The notes beneath the pieces are model-generated. The model was not told the origin of the DNA and ran no database searches. It saw only the letters and a program-made list of their open reading frames with translations. A DNA stretch of 64,000 nt from Chitinophagales bacterium (GTDB lineage: Bacteria > Bacteroidota > Bacteroidia > Chitinophagales > UBA10324), in assembly GCA_019694975.1 (NCBI GenBank), contig JAIBAY010000002.1, forward strand, positions 197,252 to 261,251, in the 5' to 3' direction. How positions within the stretch are numbered: position 1 is the first letter of the stretch; every line of letters starts with the position of its first letter. Shown piece by piece: positions 18,639 through 29,592 of this stretch. The translations under genes and the position numbers were made by a program.

Positions 18639-20111
18639 TTAGTCGAGCAATTGAATGATATCATTGTAAATCATTTGACCCGAACTCGGGCGCTTGGCAT
18701 TGAAATCAACGATCTCTCCATTCTTATTGATCAGCATGTATCGCGGTATGCTCATGATGCCGAAATATTTGGCAATGGGCGACGACCAGTTTCCCGGCGA
18801 TATCGCGAGCTTTCCTTCAAGCCCCAGTCTTGTGGCCGCACTTTTCCACGCATCTTCAGAAGCATCAATGGAGATATACAGAAACTCTACCTGTTTAAGC
18901 TGCTTTTCATCAAACATTGCATGCAACTTCTTGGAGTAAGGCATCTCTCCCATACATGGGCCACACCAGCTTGCCCAGAAATCAACGTACACCACCTTTC
19001 CTTTCAGGTCATTTGGCGTGAAGTATTTTCCATTGATATCCATCAGCTTCGGGTAATTCATTTCAGAAGCACCCGTGGCCCTGGTGGCAGTGCCGTTTGG
19101 AGTTGCCTCAGGCACCTCTTTCATTGCAAGCCTTTCCTCCACTTTCTTTTTTAACAAAGCGGCATAATCACCTTTCTCATCTTGCAGACTCAAAACATTA
19201 TAGACATGCTTCGCTGTGTATTGACTGATTTTCGCAACATCATTATTTAATAAATTGGCAATGCTCCAGGTTAAAGACAGTCCTTTGAAATGTTGCTGAG
19301 CCGTCTGCGCTTTTTTCTCTAGAGACAGATTTGTGTCTTTAAATTTATTGAACCCATTTGCTTCTGAAGTGAAATAGACGATGAAATAATAGAGAAAGTC
19401 ACGGTAAGGTTCGGCAATCATGGCTTCATCATTTACGAGCTGATCGTTCACGCCCTGCAGCATCACTGCCGGTAATGCTTTTACCGTCAGCACCTGTTGA
19501 GATTGGTTGGCCTGAATGACAGGATAAGACAGCAACCTTGCGTAATAATTATATTTGATGCAATAGGACAGATACTTCCTGAACGGCTCACTGTAAACAG
19601 CTTTCTGCATTCCTTCATTATAGAATGCAAGCTGCTTCCTGCGTTCTTCAAACAATTTCATTTCAAAAGCATCAATGTCAGTGCTCAAAATCGCCGCATT
19701 GACTTTTTCTTTATTGAAATCCGCCTCAAACACCTTCAGGAATGAAAGAAGAAACGTATTCCGCTCAGCTCCCTTGCCGGAGAAAGCAATTGCACCGGTG
19801 AGTGAATCTCCCTCAACGCTTACCTCAAGGTCATCGCCCGGTTCAACAAACAGCACGACGGATTGCTTACCGGCTTTTAAGTTCAAAGGTGTGGGGCCGG
19901 AAATAGATAATGTGAACCCGCACTCGTTACTGACTACTGAGCTCTTGTAAACACGTTCAAACTCATCGAGATAACTCACGGAGGTTTTAATACTGACCGT
20001 ATCAGCAACTGATCCATTAAGCCGGCAATGCACTGACACATTACTTTGAGCATTGACCGTCAATGAAAAAAGGACAGAAAGCAGCAGTGTACCGTTTAAT
20101 TTTAGTCGCAT
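18639..20111 (-). CDS. TlpA-family thiol:disulfide oxidoreductase (thioredoxin-like) with a long N-terminal domain
   Basis: C-terminal thioredoxin fold with FWASWCGPC and a signal peptide from ATG 20111. Confidence 0.8.
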   Translation of the reverse strand: MRLKLNGTLLLSVLFSLTVNAQSNVSVHCRLNGSVADTVSIKTSVSYLDEFERVYKSSVVSNECGFTLSISGPTPLNLKAGKQSVVLFVEPGDDLEVSVEGDSLTGAIAFSGKGAERNTFLLSFLKVFEADFNKEKVNAAILSTDIDAFEMKLFEERRKQLAFYNEGMQKAVYSEPFRKYLSYCIKYNYYARLLSYPVIQANQSQQVLTVKALPAVMLQGVNDQLVNDEAMIAEPYRDFLYYFIVYFTSEANGFNKFKDTNLSLEKKAQTAQQHFKGLSLTWSIANLLNNDVAKISQYTAKHVYNVLSLQDEKGDYAALLKKKVEERLAMKEVPEATPNGTATRATGASEMNYPKLMDINGKYFTPNDLKGKVVYVDFWASWCGPCMGEMPYSKKLHAMFDEKQLKQVEFLYISIDASEDAWKSAATRLGLEGKLAISPGNWSSPIAKYFGIMSIPRYMLINKNGEIVDFNAKRPSSGQMIYNDIIQLLD

Positions 20112-20198
20112 GTGCAAACTTAAGATGAGCGACGAAGTTATTCCTTAATTTTTTATTGCGGTCAGTTGAATACCAGTAAAAATGGCATGCTCTATTCT

Positions 20199-22064
20199 TC
20201 AATTCACCCTTTTCAATATGGCGGCTTTCATTGGCTGCAAAACCATGCTTCCAGCTTTCACCTTTTTACCGGTCAGCAAATCAATATAGGTCGCATCTCT
20301 CGACAGGTTTAATGAATGTTCCTCCGTTTCAAGATTAAACAATACGATGACTTCCGATTTTTCATCGAACCTTCTGTAAGCAAGTTGTTTGCCTTTTGCC
20401 CAAAGAAATTCTATAGCACCGGTTGACAGTACCGGATTACTTTTTCTGATGGCAATCAGTTTTTTGTACCAGTCAAATTGCGCTTGATTGAAGACAAGGG
20501 AGTCGTATGCTTTTTCTCCGGACTGATAGTTGTTCCTGGTTTCGGGTTCAAATGAAAACTCTTTCCACATCAACGGCTTCCTCGATGGATCATCCGCTGA
20601 CCACATGCCCATTTCTTCTCCATTATAAATCTGTGGCGCTCCAATCGTGGTAAACAAATGAACGAGATACAATCGCACTCTCTCATAAGTATCTGCATCA
20701 GGCCTTCCGGTCTTATACTGCGGATCATCAGCCGGACCCGCCTTGTATTTATATTTATTCGGATTATAAAAATCGGTGAGTAACCTCGGCGCATCATGCG
20801 AAGAGGAAACATTCATCATCGCATACCTGAAATCAGGCATCAACCGGTTCCAGTGAAAGTTGAGACTGTCACTGAATTGTTCAGCATTGATGCCGTAATC
20901 ATTCTTCGCGAAAAAATAACGCGCAGGGCGGTAAACCTGGTACTGCATCACGGCATCAAACACATCACCGCTGGTATACGGCGCAGGATTCATCAGCCGA
21001 TCGGGCCATTCCTCCCACCAGATCTCTCCTACCAGGTATGCATCAGGATTGATGGAACGAACATATTTCCTGAAATCGCGCCAGAACACCATGCCTACCT
21101 GGTCCGCCACATCAAGCCTGAATCCATCAATGCCTTGCGTCACGTCGCCATCAGGCGCCAGCCATCTTTTGGTGACGTCGAAAATATGTTTCTTCGGGCC
21201 TTCGCTGATATCACCATCGTAAGGATGACCGGTTTGTTTGGGAGTGGTGATATTCACCTTTTTCCATTCAACCAGTGAGGGCACTCCGGCCCATCCCTTA
21301 TACGAAAATTCGTTTTGCGCCGTGGAAGGATCATCAAACGCATTAATTTCAAACCAGTCTTTATATGCCGATTTTTCCTGCTTTTGCAACACATCCTGCC
21401 ATGCCCAAAAAAGGGTCCCGACATGATTCCAGGAATAATCCATGATGATTTTCATTTTTCTTTTGTGTACTTCTTTGATCAGCTTTAAAAAGAGCTTGTC
21501 CGCTGAAGTCCATTGCCAGGTTGACGGATCAACCGGATCTTCCGCAGCCATGATTTTTACATCACCTGCGGGATCAGGCCCAAAATTGACATCAATGTGA
21601 TGATAATTCCTCGCATCATATTTATGAAGGCTTGGCGCATCATTGACGGGATTCAGAAAAATGGCCGTGATGCCGAGATCCTGCAGGTAATCCAATTTGT
21701 CCAGCACGCCCTGCAGGTCGCCGCCATAGCGCCTGTATTGCACCTTTTCATTAAAGGATCCACTGAGTTCCTTTGCCCAGTCATCCTCATCATACCAGTT
21801 GTGTGTCCATGGAGTAATTGCCCAATGTGGTGGTGCATTTACACCTATTGGCGGTGTATTGATATTGGCCGGCTGAGGATCATTAGCCAGGTCGCCATTG
21901 TTAAATCTTTCCACAAAAATCTGGTACCAGATCATCTTTTTACTCCATTCCGGCGGCCGGTCGAAAGAAGTTGTCTGCGTTTGCGCGAAGAGCGGAAAAG
22001 ATGCTAATAGCAATGCAATGGTGAAGCGAATCAGTGTACACTTATCGTGAAATAATTTTTGCAT
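20199..22064 (-). CDS. Glycoside hydrolase family 13 (alpha-amylase family)
   Basis: GH13 regions GGDLQGVLDKLDYLQDLGITAIFLNP, GFRLDVADQV, GEIWWE and SSHDAPR. The signal peptide starts at ATG 22064. Confidence 0.85.
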   Translation of the reverse strand: MQKLFHDKCTLIRFTIALLLASFPLFAQTQTTSFDRPPEWSKKMIWYQIFVERFNNGDLANDPQPANINTPPIGVNAPPHWAITPWTHNWYDEDDWAKELSGSFNEKVQYRRYGGDLQGVLDKLDYLQDLGITAIFLNPVNDAPSLHKYDARNYHHIDVNFGPDPAGDVKIMAAEDPVDPSTWQWTSADKLFLKLIKEVHKRKMKIIMDYSWNHVGTLFWAWQDVLQKQEKSAYKDWFEINAFDDPSTAQNEFSYKGWAGVPSLVEWKKVNITTPKQTGHPYDGDISEGPKKHIFDVTKRWLAPDGDVTQGIDGFRLDVADQVGMVFWRDFRKYVRSINPDAYLVGEIWWEEWPDRLMNPAPYTSGDVFDAVMQYQVYRPARYFFAKNDYGINAEQFSDSLNFHWNRLMPDFRYAMMNVSSSHDAPRLLTDFYNPNKYKYKAGPADDPQYKTGRPDADTYERVRLYLVHLFTTIGAPQIYNGEEMGMWSADDPSRKPLMWKEFSFEPETRNNYQSGEKAYDSLVFNQAQFDWYKKLIAIRKSNPVLSTGAIEFLWAKGKQLAYRRFDEKSEVIVLFNLETEEHSLNLSRDATYIDLLTGKKVKAGSMVLQPMKAAILKRVN

Positions 22065-22172
22065 GAGCACTATTTTTTCCTGGTAAGCAATAAGAAGGAA
22101 GCACATTAAGCAACAAAACCTAAGCAGGACAAATCGCCGCAGAACTATGCCGGGAAAAAGCAACATCCATGG

Positions 22173-24035
22173 CTACCTGACCAGTGCCAGCACCCACATT
22201 TTATCAGCAGTGATGACTGCTTTTTCACTGAGCATGAAGGCAGTGTCATCTGTAATGCTTTTGGCAGCCACAAAGCCATGTGTTCTTTCAGCATACCGGC
22301 TGAAATCAACTTCCATGTCCTGGCCCGACGTATTCATGACACACATGACAGTTTGATTTTCATCGTACCGGAAATAGACGTACAATCCATTAACAGGTAC
22401 ATACTGCATCATTTTGCCCGTCTTCAGGGCAGAGGAATTTTTCCGGAAGTTCGCCAGTGTCTTCACCAGCGATTGCACTGCAAGCGCATCGGCATCAAGT
22501 CCTTCACCGGTGAAAGCATTCCTGTTGTCGCCATTCCAGCCACCGGGGAAATCGAGCCGTACCCAGCCATCAGGATTGGTAAAGCCTTTCATCAGCACTT
22601 CTGTGCCGTAATACATCTGCGGAATGCCACGGCAAGTCAACAACCATTCAATGCCCATTTTTTGTTTGGCTGCATTTTCACCGACAACAGAATAGATACG
22701 GCTGAGATCATGGTTGTCAAGAAACAGCACATTGCGGTACGGATCCTTGTATAAATAATCGCTCGCCAGGGTCGTATACAACCTGTTCACACCTTCATTC
22801 CATCCGAAAGGTTGCGTGAGCGCAGGAATAATCCCATTGGAATACGTTTGAAAATCCGTAGCACCGGGGAGATTGCTTTTAAAGGAACCGGTGTTGATAT
22901 TGTTATCGACAAAATAAACCTGATTGGGCACACCATTCACCCATATCTCGCCAAAGATGCTGATTGCAGGATATTCATCCATCAGCGCCTTGTTACAACG
23001 GTTCATGAACAATGCATCATTGTACAGGTAAGTATCCACACGCCAGCCGTCCACGCCAAATTCCTCAACGCACCAGATTGCATGCTGAATGAGATAGTTC
23101 GCCACAAACGGATTTGACTGATTCACATCCGGCATAAGCTGATTGAACCAACCGTCCTTGGTGATCTTTATGTCATGGTCTGAAGCATAGGGATCAAACA
23201 CCGGCTGATCCTTAAAACTGGTACCTGTATAAACGGGCCACTGATGAAACCAGTCTTCCGCCGGCTTATCAATAAATAAGATGTGATCAATATCCACATG
23301 ATTATACACTGCGTCCTGTATGAGTTTCATGCCCCGTTCATGCAAAGCATCACTCAGTTGCAGGTATGCTTTTAGGCCACCCAGCCTGGGATCAATCTTA
23401 TACTGATTGGTGAAGGCATATCCGTGTTCTGTGCGCATGGTTCTGTCGTTTTCAAGCACCGGCGTCATCCACAATGCCGTAACTCCCAGTTCATGTAAAT
23501 AGTCAAGATGATTGATAATGCCCTGCATATCTCCGCCATGACGATGATAGATTGAATCCCTGTTCAATGTCTGATCTCTCATGCCGGCTATTCGGTCATT
23601 CGACGGGTCGCCATTGCTGAAACGGTCGGGCATCAGCAGGTAAATAAAGTCCGCGGATGTTACGCCCTGCGCGAATGCAGTGCCATTGCCTTTCCTGCGT
23701 GACTTCAACATCCAATCAATGGTATACTTTTCGCCGTTTCCGCTGCAAACAATACTTACGGTACCTGGCCGTGCGGAGGATGCGATGTCAATATCCAAAG
23801 CAACATACTTCCCGTTACTGAAAGTGTTTTTCCCCAGCAATTTAACGCCCTGATAATTTATGGAGAATGTTTTTTTACTGAATGCTGTATCACTGCTTCT
23901 CAGCAGCAGTTGCACATTATGCATCTTCATATCCACCCACCAATTAGACGGATACACTTCTGCCTGCTGCGCACTGGCAACAAGGCAGCTAGTGAAAAGA
24001 AATAAGAAGACCTGGAATAAGTAACGGTAGTTCAT
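22173..24035 (-). CDS. Glycoside hydrolase family 13 with N-terminal cyclomaltodextrinase-type domain
   Basis: HGGDMQGIINHLDYLHELGVTALWMTP, DGWRVDTYLY, GEIWV and LDNHDLSR. The signal peptide starts at ATG 24035. Confidence 0.85.
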   Translation of the reverse strand: MNYRYLFQVFLFLFTSCLVASAQQAEVYPSNWWVDMKMHNVQLLLRSSDTAFSKKTFSINYQGVKLLGKNTFSNGKYVALDIDIASSARPGTVSIVCSGNGEKYTIDWMLKSRRKGNGTAFAQGVTSADFIYLLMPDRFSNGDPSNDRIAGMRDQTLNRDSIYHRHGGDMQGIINHLDYLHELGVTALWMTPVLENDRTMRTEHGYAFTNQYKIDPRLGGLKAYLQLSDALHERGMKLIQDAVYNHVDIDHILFIDKPAEDWFHQWPVYTGTSFKDQPVFDPYASDHDIKITKDGWFNQLMPDVNQSNPFVANYLIQHAIWCVEEFGVDGWRVDTYLYNDALFMNRCNKALMDEYPAISIFGEIWVNGVPNQVYFVDNNINTGSFKSNLPGATDFQTYSNGIIPALTQPFGWNEGVNRLYTTLASDYLYKDPYRNVLFLDNHDLSRIYSVVGENAAKQKMGIEWLLTCRGIPQMYYGTEVLMKGFTNPDGWVRLDFPGGWNGDNRNAFTGEGLDADALAVQSLVKTLANFRKNSSALKTGKMMQYVPVNGLYVYFRYDENQTVMCVMNTSGQDMEVDFSRYAERTHGFVAAKSITDDTAFMLSEKAVITADKMWVLALVR

Positions 24036-24188
24036 CCCTGCTGATTTGCGATTGTTTTGCAACAACAATAATAAACTGTTTTATGAGAAAGTCATGATCT
24101 GATGCTACATTTTGCCTGTAAAAACAGCATAGTATTTAACCACCGCACAATGATGCGAAAGGCAATGCATCCGTTTAATCTTTAAATG

Positions 24189-24311
24189 CTATCACAGCAT
24201 ACCTTGAGCCATTCTGTCCTGATTGACCAGGATCAGGATCTCTTCCATTCATTGACAGATGCCGAAATAAAAACGGCATGAACGCATTGATTGCCGGGTT
24301 TGAGATAGCTT
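24189..24311 (+). repeat. Intergenic structured repeat, copy C (diverged 5' arm)
   Basis: The core ggatctcttccattcattgacagatgccgaaataaaaacggcatgaacgcattgattgcc..tttgagatagc is conserved, while the 5' arm gctatcacagcat is partly decayed. Confidence 0.7.
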
Positions 24312-24477
24312 CTGACAATAGCAGGTGCATTTTTGGGCAATGCGACGTAGTTGCTTGCAGGATTCATTCATTGAATAGCAATGCAACAAATTGAAGTGCT
24401 ATTTTTAGAATGGTGCGTCATCATTTCAGCATCAAATCAACAGGAAGCGCTCCGGAAAACTTAAATATATTTATGCG

Positions 24478-25404
24478 ATGGCAATATCAGCGGATGCGGA
24501 GCATAAAGTGGGCGTTACCCAAATTCCCGGATTATTCAGCCGGTCTTTCAACGTATTGCAAAAGAACCACCCGTTGCAGATGGCTGGCTCAACTGCCTTT
24601 TTCACCACATTCGCTTTACCTTCCATCCTGATCATCATCATTCAGGTTTTTGGGCTGTTTATCAATCAGCGGTTTCTGAGTTCACAACTCATCAACCGGA
24701 TGACTGAGGTATTGGGCAAAGAAGAAGGTCAGCAACTCACAATCATTCTGCTTAACTTCAGAAAAATGGCTGATAACCGCATCGTAACCATCGGCGGATT
24801 TATCTTCCTGCTGTTTATTGCCTCAACGCTTTTTAATGAGATTAAAAATTCCATCAATAAAATATGGCACATCAGGATAAAGCAAAAGCCTGGCTTGTTG
24901 TTCCGGATATCCATCCGTGGAAGGTTGCTTGGCGTTATCTGCCTGGCGGGCTTGCTTTTCCTGTTTGGTTTGCTTGCAGAAGGATTAGCTATTTTCTTTG
25001 GCAAGAGCCTGGGCTTTATGCTTCCCGGAACAAGCACCATTATTCAATCAATGTTGCGTGAAATAATTTCCATTCTCATGGTCAGTGCCTGGTTCCTGCT
25101 ATTGCTTCGCTTTATTGCTGATGGCAGGCCATCCTGGTTCTCGGCGATAACGAGCGGAACGCTGACGGGATTGCTTTTCACCGCAGGCAAGCTCGTGCTG
25201 ATCTGGTTTTTGCCCCGCAGCAATATCGGCACAGTATATGGCGCATCAGGTTCTGTGGTATTGCTACTGCTATTCGTATTTTATTCCTCCTTCATCCTTT
25301 ACTTTGGCGCTTGCTTTACAAAGGTGCTGTCTGAAGCATTAGGCCACGAAATTATACCGGTAGATAAAGCTTATCGCTATAAGATTGTAGAAATACCGGA
25401 ATGA
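24478..25404 (+). CDS. YihY/BrkB family membrane protein
   Basis: MAGSTAFFTTFALPSILIIIIQVFG and six predicted TM segments typical of YihY. Confidence 0.8.
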   Translation: MAISADAEHKVGVTQIPGLFSRSFNVLQKNHPLQMAGSTAFFTTFALPSILIIIIQVFGLFINQRFLSSQLINRMTEVLGKEEGQQLTIILLNFRKMADNRIVTIGGFIFLLFIASTLFNEIKNSINKIWHIRIKQKPGLLFRISIRGRLLGVICLAGLLFLFGLLAEGLAIFFGKSLGFMLPGTSTIIQSMLREIISILMVSAWFLLLLRFIADGRPSWFSAITSGTLTGLLFTAGKLVLIWFLPRSNIGTVYGASGSVVLLLLFVFYSSFILYFGACFTKVLSEALGHEIIPVDKAYRYKIVEIPE

Positions 25405-25601
25405 TAAGTGCTGATCTGCTTTATTAAAAATACCAGGAATGGTGAGAACAGTTCATATCCAATTTTACTAACTGCATACCATGATCCAATTGAATTGTAG
25501 CAGAAAATTGATTACTATTTTTCAATTTTCCTGATAGCAAGAACGCGACAGTAAAGGCTTAAACCTGAAATCCGAACTATCATAGCAAGGGTGAAAACGT
25601 A

Positions 25602-26114
25602 CTACTCCGAAGGCTTTTTATTGCGCTTCAAACTGTCCATCGGGTAATGCCGTTGCATGGAATCTTTCATGGCAATCGACCATTGCATAAGCTGCTCCTT
25701 CTGTGCCGCATTCAGTACAGCTTCGCGGTGAATAACGGTGTACACTTCCATCGGCATTTCTCCTTCTTCCACAGTTTCCCTGATTTCTTCAAATTTGCGG
25801 TATTGGCGGCGGGGTGAATAGCCCGCAAACTCAGAAAAATTAAGTTCTTCCTTCCCTTCCCTTACATGCTGATCAATCCACCAGTCTACCGGCTGAATTT
25901 TTGTGTACCACGGGTAAGTGGTGTAGTTACTGTGGCAATCATTGCACGATGTTTTCAGAATTCCGTCTACCTCCGCGGGAACGTTAAAGGCCACCTTAAT
26001 GCTCATTGAATCATCGCCGGAAAGATTCTTTGCAGGATGAAAAAACTGGATAACGATCAGCACCACCAATGCCAGCATCAGCAATGCGCGAAAAATTCTT
26101 TTAAAGAAATGCAT
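25602..26114 (-). CDS. Heme-binding domain-containing protein
   Basis: N-terminal TM anchor, CNDCHS heme-attachment motif, 170 aa. Confidence 0.6.
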   Translation of the reverse strand: MHFFKRIFRALLMLALVVLIVIQFFHPAKNLSGDDSMSIKVAFNVPAEVDGILKTSCNDCHSNYTTYPWYTKIQPVDWWIDQHVREGKEELNFSEFAGYSPRRQYRKFEEIRETVEEGEMPMEVYTVIHREAVLNAAQKEQLMQWSIAMKDSMQRHYPMDSLKRNKKPSE

Positions 26115-26343
26115 ATAATAAATTTAACCGCTTTTAAAACAAAGATAGATTGTAGAACTTTTATGCAGTCAATCTTTCCGTATCGTGATCAGTTTTGCTG
26201 TTGCAGAGAGCAACAGGCCTGAGTTTAAGGCAGGATTGAACTTCGACCGTGCAACTATTACTGCATCATTACAGCAAGTTTCAACATTACAGAAAAGCCG
26301 TTGCTAAAATGCACAACGGCTCTTCCGCACTAAAACACAACGC

Positions 26344-27948
26344 TTATCTCTCCAGTTCGAATGTGATGCTTTCAATACCCTCTTTCGATTTCACGTTGCA
26401 AAAATAGATTCCGGCGGGCAGCTCAGCCGGCAAAAAAATGGCGTTGCTGGCACTCCCCTTTTCAACCTGCCAACTTACAGGAGTTATCATTTCCTGCCCG
26501 TTGATGTCATATAACCTTACTGTAACCACATCAGCAGCACCAATGGTGAAGGAGATGGTTGCAGCATCTCCCCTGACCGGCACCGGCGATATTTTCAGAT
26601 CGGTGATCATTGATGATTCCATTGATTCAGCAAGTTTCAACTCCTGCACGTCGTTGAGATACCTGGCCGTCATAATCCAATCATTTGCCGTCGCTTTGTA
26701 TCCGGTGATAATAATCTTCCCATTATTCATGAGCGTCATATCATTACAGGCAATGGCATTCAGCGCCGTTACAAATGAGGTATCCATACCACCCATTCCA
26801 AATTCCTGATCAAGTGCACCATTTCTCTTCAGGCGCGCCAAAGTGACAGCGGTAACAGACGGGAATGAATAACCAGCACTGCCGGCAAGCAGAATTTTTC
26901 CATCTTGCTGAATGACTATGCTATTGATCATAGCATTGCTGCTTCCAAAGTAATTTGGATATACCCATCCTTCTTTCCCAAACGTATGATCCACGTTTCC
27001 ATTGGCAGTAAGACCTAATATGCTGGCAGCCATGTAACCTGTAAACTGAGAGGAACCGGCAAGCAAAACGTGCCCGTCGGGCAATAAGCCGGCGGTATAA
27101 CAGTTGTCGCTGTTGGAATTTCGCTGAGAGAACATTCCGTTTACGGCAAAGGAAGAATCAATCATACCATTGCCGTGAATACGCAAAGCAAAAAATTCAC
27201 TGGCGGGTAACCGGTAATCTGTCGTTGTCATTTGCCCTGCAGCAATAATATTTCCATCCGGTTGCAAGAGCAACTTCCTGCAGGCAAGGTTCTTCTGGTA
27301 CAGCTTCCTCGTAAATATTCCGTTCCGGGAAAATGAAGTATCTAACCGGCCATCCATGTTTATCCGTGCAATGACTAATGCGGCATTACCTGTTTTAAAA
27401 CTGCCGTCATGGCCCGCTATCAGCATCTTTCCATCGGGCTGTATCAATATCGAGTAGCAGGTTGCATCGTTTGACAGTGCAATGACCTGTTCACCGGCAT
27501 TACCAAATGTCGCATCTGCAGTTCCATTGTTATTCAGGCGCCACAAAGCCATGGCAAGATGGCTGTCATCCTTTTTAGATCCGCAGATTACCAATTTGCC
27601 ATCCGGCTGTACCGCCATGGCACTGCACCATGCGTTCTTTATTACTTTCTTTCCCGTTCCGTTAAACGATTTGTCGGGCTGACCGTTTTTCTTATACCTC
27701 ATTATGACGATATCTGCAGCTCCGGTTCCGGCATCTGAGCTACCTGCCAATACAATCTTATCATCATTCTGGATAACTACGGATTTACCGATATCATCAC
27801 TGGCGGATTTAACTTTATCAAGCACCTGACCACCATTCCCAAAGGATACGTCAGGAAATGGAATCACCTGTGCTGATACATCACCTGACAATAACAACAG
27901 GGCAATTTTTATAGCAACAATCAATATCAGCAGGTGTAAATGTTTCAT
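26344..27948 (-). CDS. Delta-60 repeat (beta-propeller) protein with T9SS C-terminal sorting domain
   Basis: Repeated ..QPDGK[LI]..AG....L.R.N.[ND]G..D..F[GS].NG.. units. C-terminus ..AGIYFCNVKSKEGIESITFELER. Confidence 0.7.
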   Translation of the reverse strand: MKHLHLLILIVAIKIALLLLSGDVSAQVIPFPDVSFGNGGQVLDKVKSASDDIGKSVVIQNDDKIVLAGSSDAGTGAADIVIMRYKKNGQPDKSFNGTGKKVIKNAWCSAMAVQPDGKLVICGSKKDDSHLAMALWRLNNNGTADATFGNAGEQVIALSNDATCYSILIQPDGKMLIAGHDGSFKTGNAALVIARINMDGRLDTSFSRNGIFTRKLYQKNLACRKLLLQPDGNIIAAGQMTTTDYRLPASEFFALRIHGNGMIDSSFAVNGMFSQRNSNSDNCYTAGLLPDGHVLLAGSSQFTGYMAASILGLTANGNVDHTFGKEGWVYPNYFGSSNAMINSIVIQQDGKILLAGSAGYSFPSVTAVTLARLKRNGALDQEFGMGGMDTSFVTALNAIACNDMTLMNNGKIIITGYKATANDWIMTARYLNDVQELKLAESMESSMITDLKISPVPVRGDAATISFTIGAADVVTVRLYDINGQEMITPVSWQVEKGSASNAIFLPAELPAGIYFCNVKSKEGIESITFELER

Positions 27949-28247
27949 TTTATCTAACCCGCCACAAATTTATCGCAGTGATCAGGCAGGAATACTGTCA
28001 TTCATCATGTGGTAATATGATTATTGTTTGGTAACACTTTAATTTACCCTGTACAGATGAATTCGCCGATCGCTTATTCTATATAATGAAGCTGTTATGA
28101 TGTGAATGGGAAGGGATTCTTATGATAAAAATCATATCAGCAACCAACAATGCTCAGCTATTTGCATAGTTGCATCGTTGCTATATTTGACCAATTAAAA
28201 TTATAAATAATTCAACTTTCATTCTCATCCCCAAAAAATGTTGTCTC

Positions 28248-28655
28248 ATGAAAAAAGTATTCATTAGCGGAATAGTGGCAGGCGTCGTACTGCTGGTAAT
28301 AAGTTTTGCAGCTTTGTACCTCACTATCTTATTCTTCCCGGGCCTTGCATTGGAATATTATGACCCTGCCTTCCGGATGAATGACGATCTGAGCATACTC
28401 TATTATATACATCCCTTCCTGCTGGGCGTAGCACTTGCCTGGTTCTGGGAAAGGTTTAAAGGCGTGCTGACCGGCGGGTTTACGATGCGGGGAATAGAAT
28501 TCGGTATCATATATTCGCTTGTTGCCACCCTTCCAATTATGTGGCTTATCTACAGTGCCATGAATGTTTCTATGGAACTGGTAGTCACCTGGTTTCTCTA
28601 TGGATTGGTGCAATCCATTATTGCAGGGTTAGTTTGTGAGAAGATGAATCCGTGA
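28248..28655 (+). CDS. Small integral membrane protein (4 TM), function unknown
   Basis: 135-aa ORF with four hydrophobic segments, followed by a terminator. Confidence 0.5.
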   Translation: MKKVFISGIVAGVVLLVISFAALYLTILFFPGLALEYYDPAFRMNDDLSILYYIHPFLLGVALAWFWERFKGVLTGGFTMRGIEFGIIYSLVATLPIMWLIYSAMNVSMELVVTWFLYGLVQSIIAGLVCEKMNP

Positions 28656-28673
28656 TTTCACCAGGCAGCATGA

Positions 28674-28716
28674 AGCCGGAATCTGTTCCTGGAACGGATT
28701 GCGGCTTTTGTTTTTT
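28674..28716 (+). terminator. Rho-independent terminator
   Basis: Hairpin gccggaatc..gattgcggc followed by ttttgtttttt. Confidence 0.5.
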
Positions 28717-28960
28717 CAGAATGGTTAATAACCGGTTCAACTAAACATGGCAACGAGACAATTTGCTATAACGGCCGGTGCGTCTATTTCTCCGCAGGCA
28801 AGCCTGATAAAATTCCCTTACAGCGCAAATTCTCAGGGTGACAATTGTCATGCTTCCGGCTTATAAAAGTCATCGGCTGTTATGATAAATGTCATGATTG
28901 ATCGCTGCTATCCTCAACACCTTGTGCCAGCAAATATTTAATAACACATAAATTTTTAAC

Positions 28961-29545
28961 ATGAAACAGTTCATCCCTTTATCGATGGTAATGCTGCTGA
29001 TAACAGTATTTGCTGCTCAGGCGCAAACAAATTTCAGCCTTGCACCCGGCCAGGAATTTATGATTAAAGGAACATCGAACGTGCATGACTGGGAAGAATC
29101 GGTTGAGAAAATAAGTGGCAATGGTTCCTATATGGTCAATGCCAATGGCAGTATCACGATACTATCCATGATAGTGAAAGTGGCCTGTAATGACATAAAG
29201 AGTTCACATGGCTCGATCATGGACGGGAAAACATATGATGCGCTTAAAGCCGAGAAAAATCCATTGATCACCTACAAACTGCTGTCGCAGGTCAGCAACG
29301 TAATGCCATCCGCCACCGGCACCACGGTGATCGCAAAAGGGCAACTCACTATTGCCGGCGTTACCAAACCGGTAGATCTGCAGGTCAAAATAATTTCAAA
29401 ACAGGATGGCTCCATTTCATTTGAAGGTACCAAGACGCTGAAAATGACCGATTTCGGTGTAAGCCCGCCAACAGCTTTTATGGGTGCGATGAAGGTGGGC
29501 GATGAAGTGGTACTGACTTTCAAAACCACCATGCAGAAGAACTAA
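28961..29545 (+). CDS. YceI family protein
   Basis: Signal peptide; ..GTSNVHDWEE.. and ..HGSIMDGKTYDALKAEKNPLITYKL.. match the YceI-like lipid/polyisoprenoid-binding fold. Confidence 0.75.
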   Translation: MKQFIPLSMVMLLITVFAAQAQTNFSLAPGQEFMIKGTSNVHDWEESVEKISGNGSYMVNANGSITILSMIVKVACNDIKSSHGSIMDGKTYDALKAEKNPLITYKLLSQVSNVMPSATGTTVIAKGQLTIAGVTKPVDLQVKIISKQDGSISFEGTKTLKMTDFGVSPPTAFMGAMKVGDEVVLTFKTTMQKN

Positions 29546-29592
29546 TCAACTCCATCATAAACTTCTTATTAATCCACTAAAATTCAAACGCT

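Noticed and set aside
20796-22754. Several 130-160-aa ORFs on the + strand inside the two GH13 genes.
   Set aside because: They are antisense to genes that contain all four GH13 conserved regions.
26296-26330. Hairpin agccgttg..caacggct downstream of the delta-60 T9SS gene, sharing the 13-mer caacggctcttcc with positions 40-52 downstream of the other T9SS gene.
   Set aside because: Dozens of shared 13-mers are expected by chance in a window this size. The first site has no visible hairpin partner (it may be cut by the window edge), and the T-run is weak.
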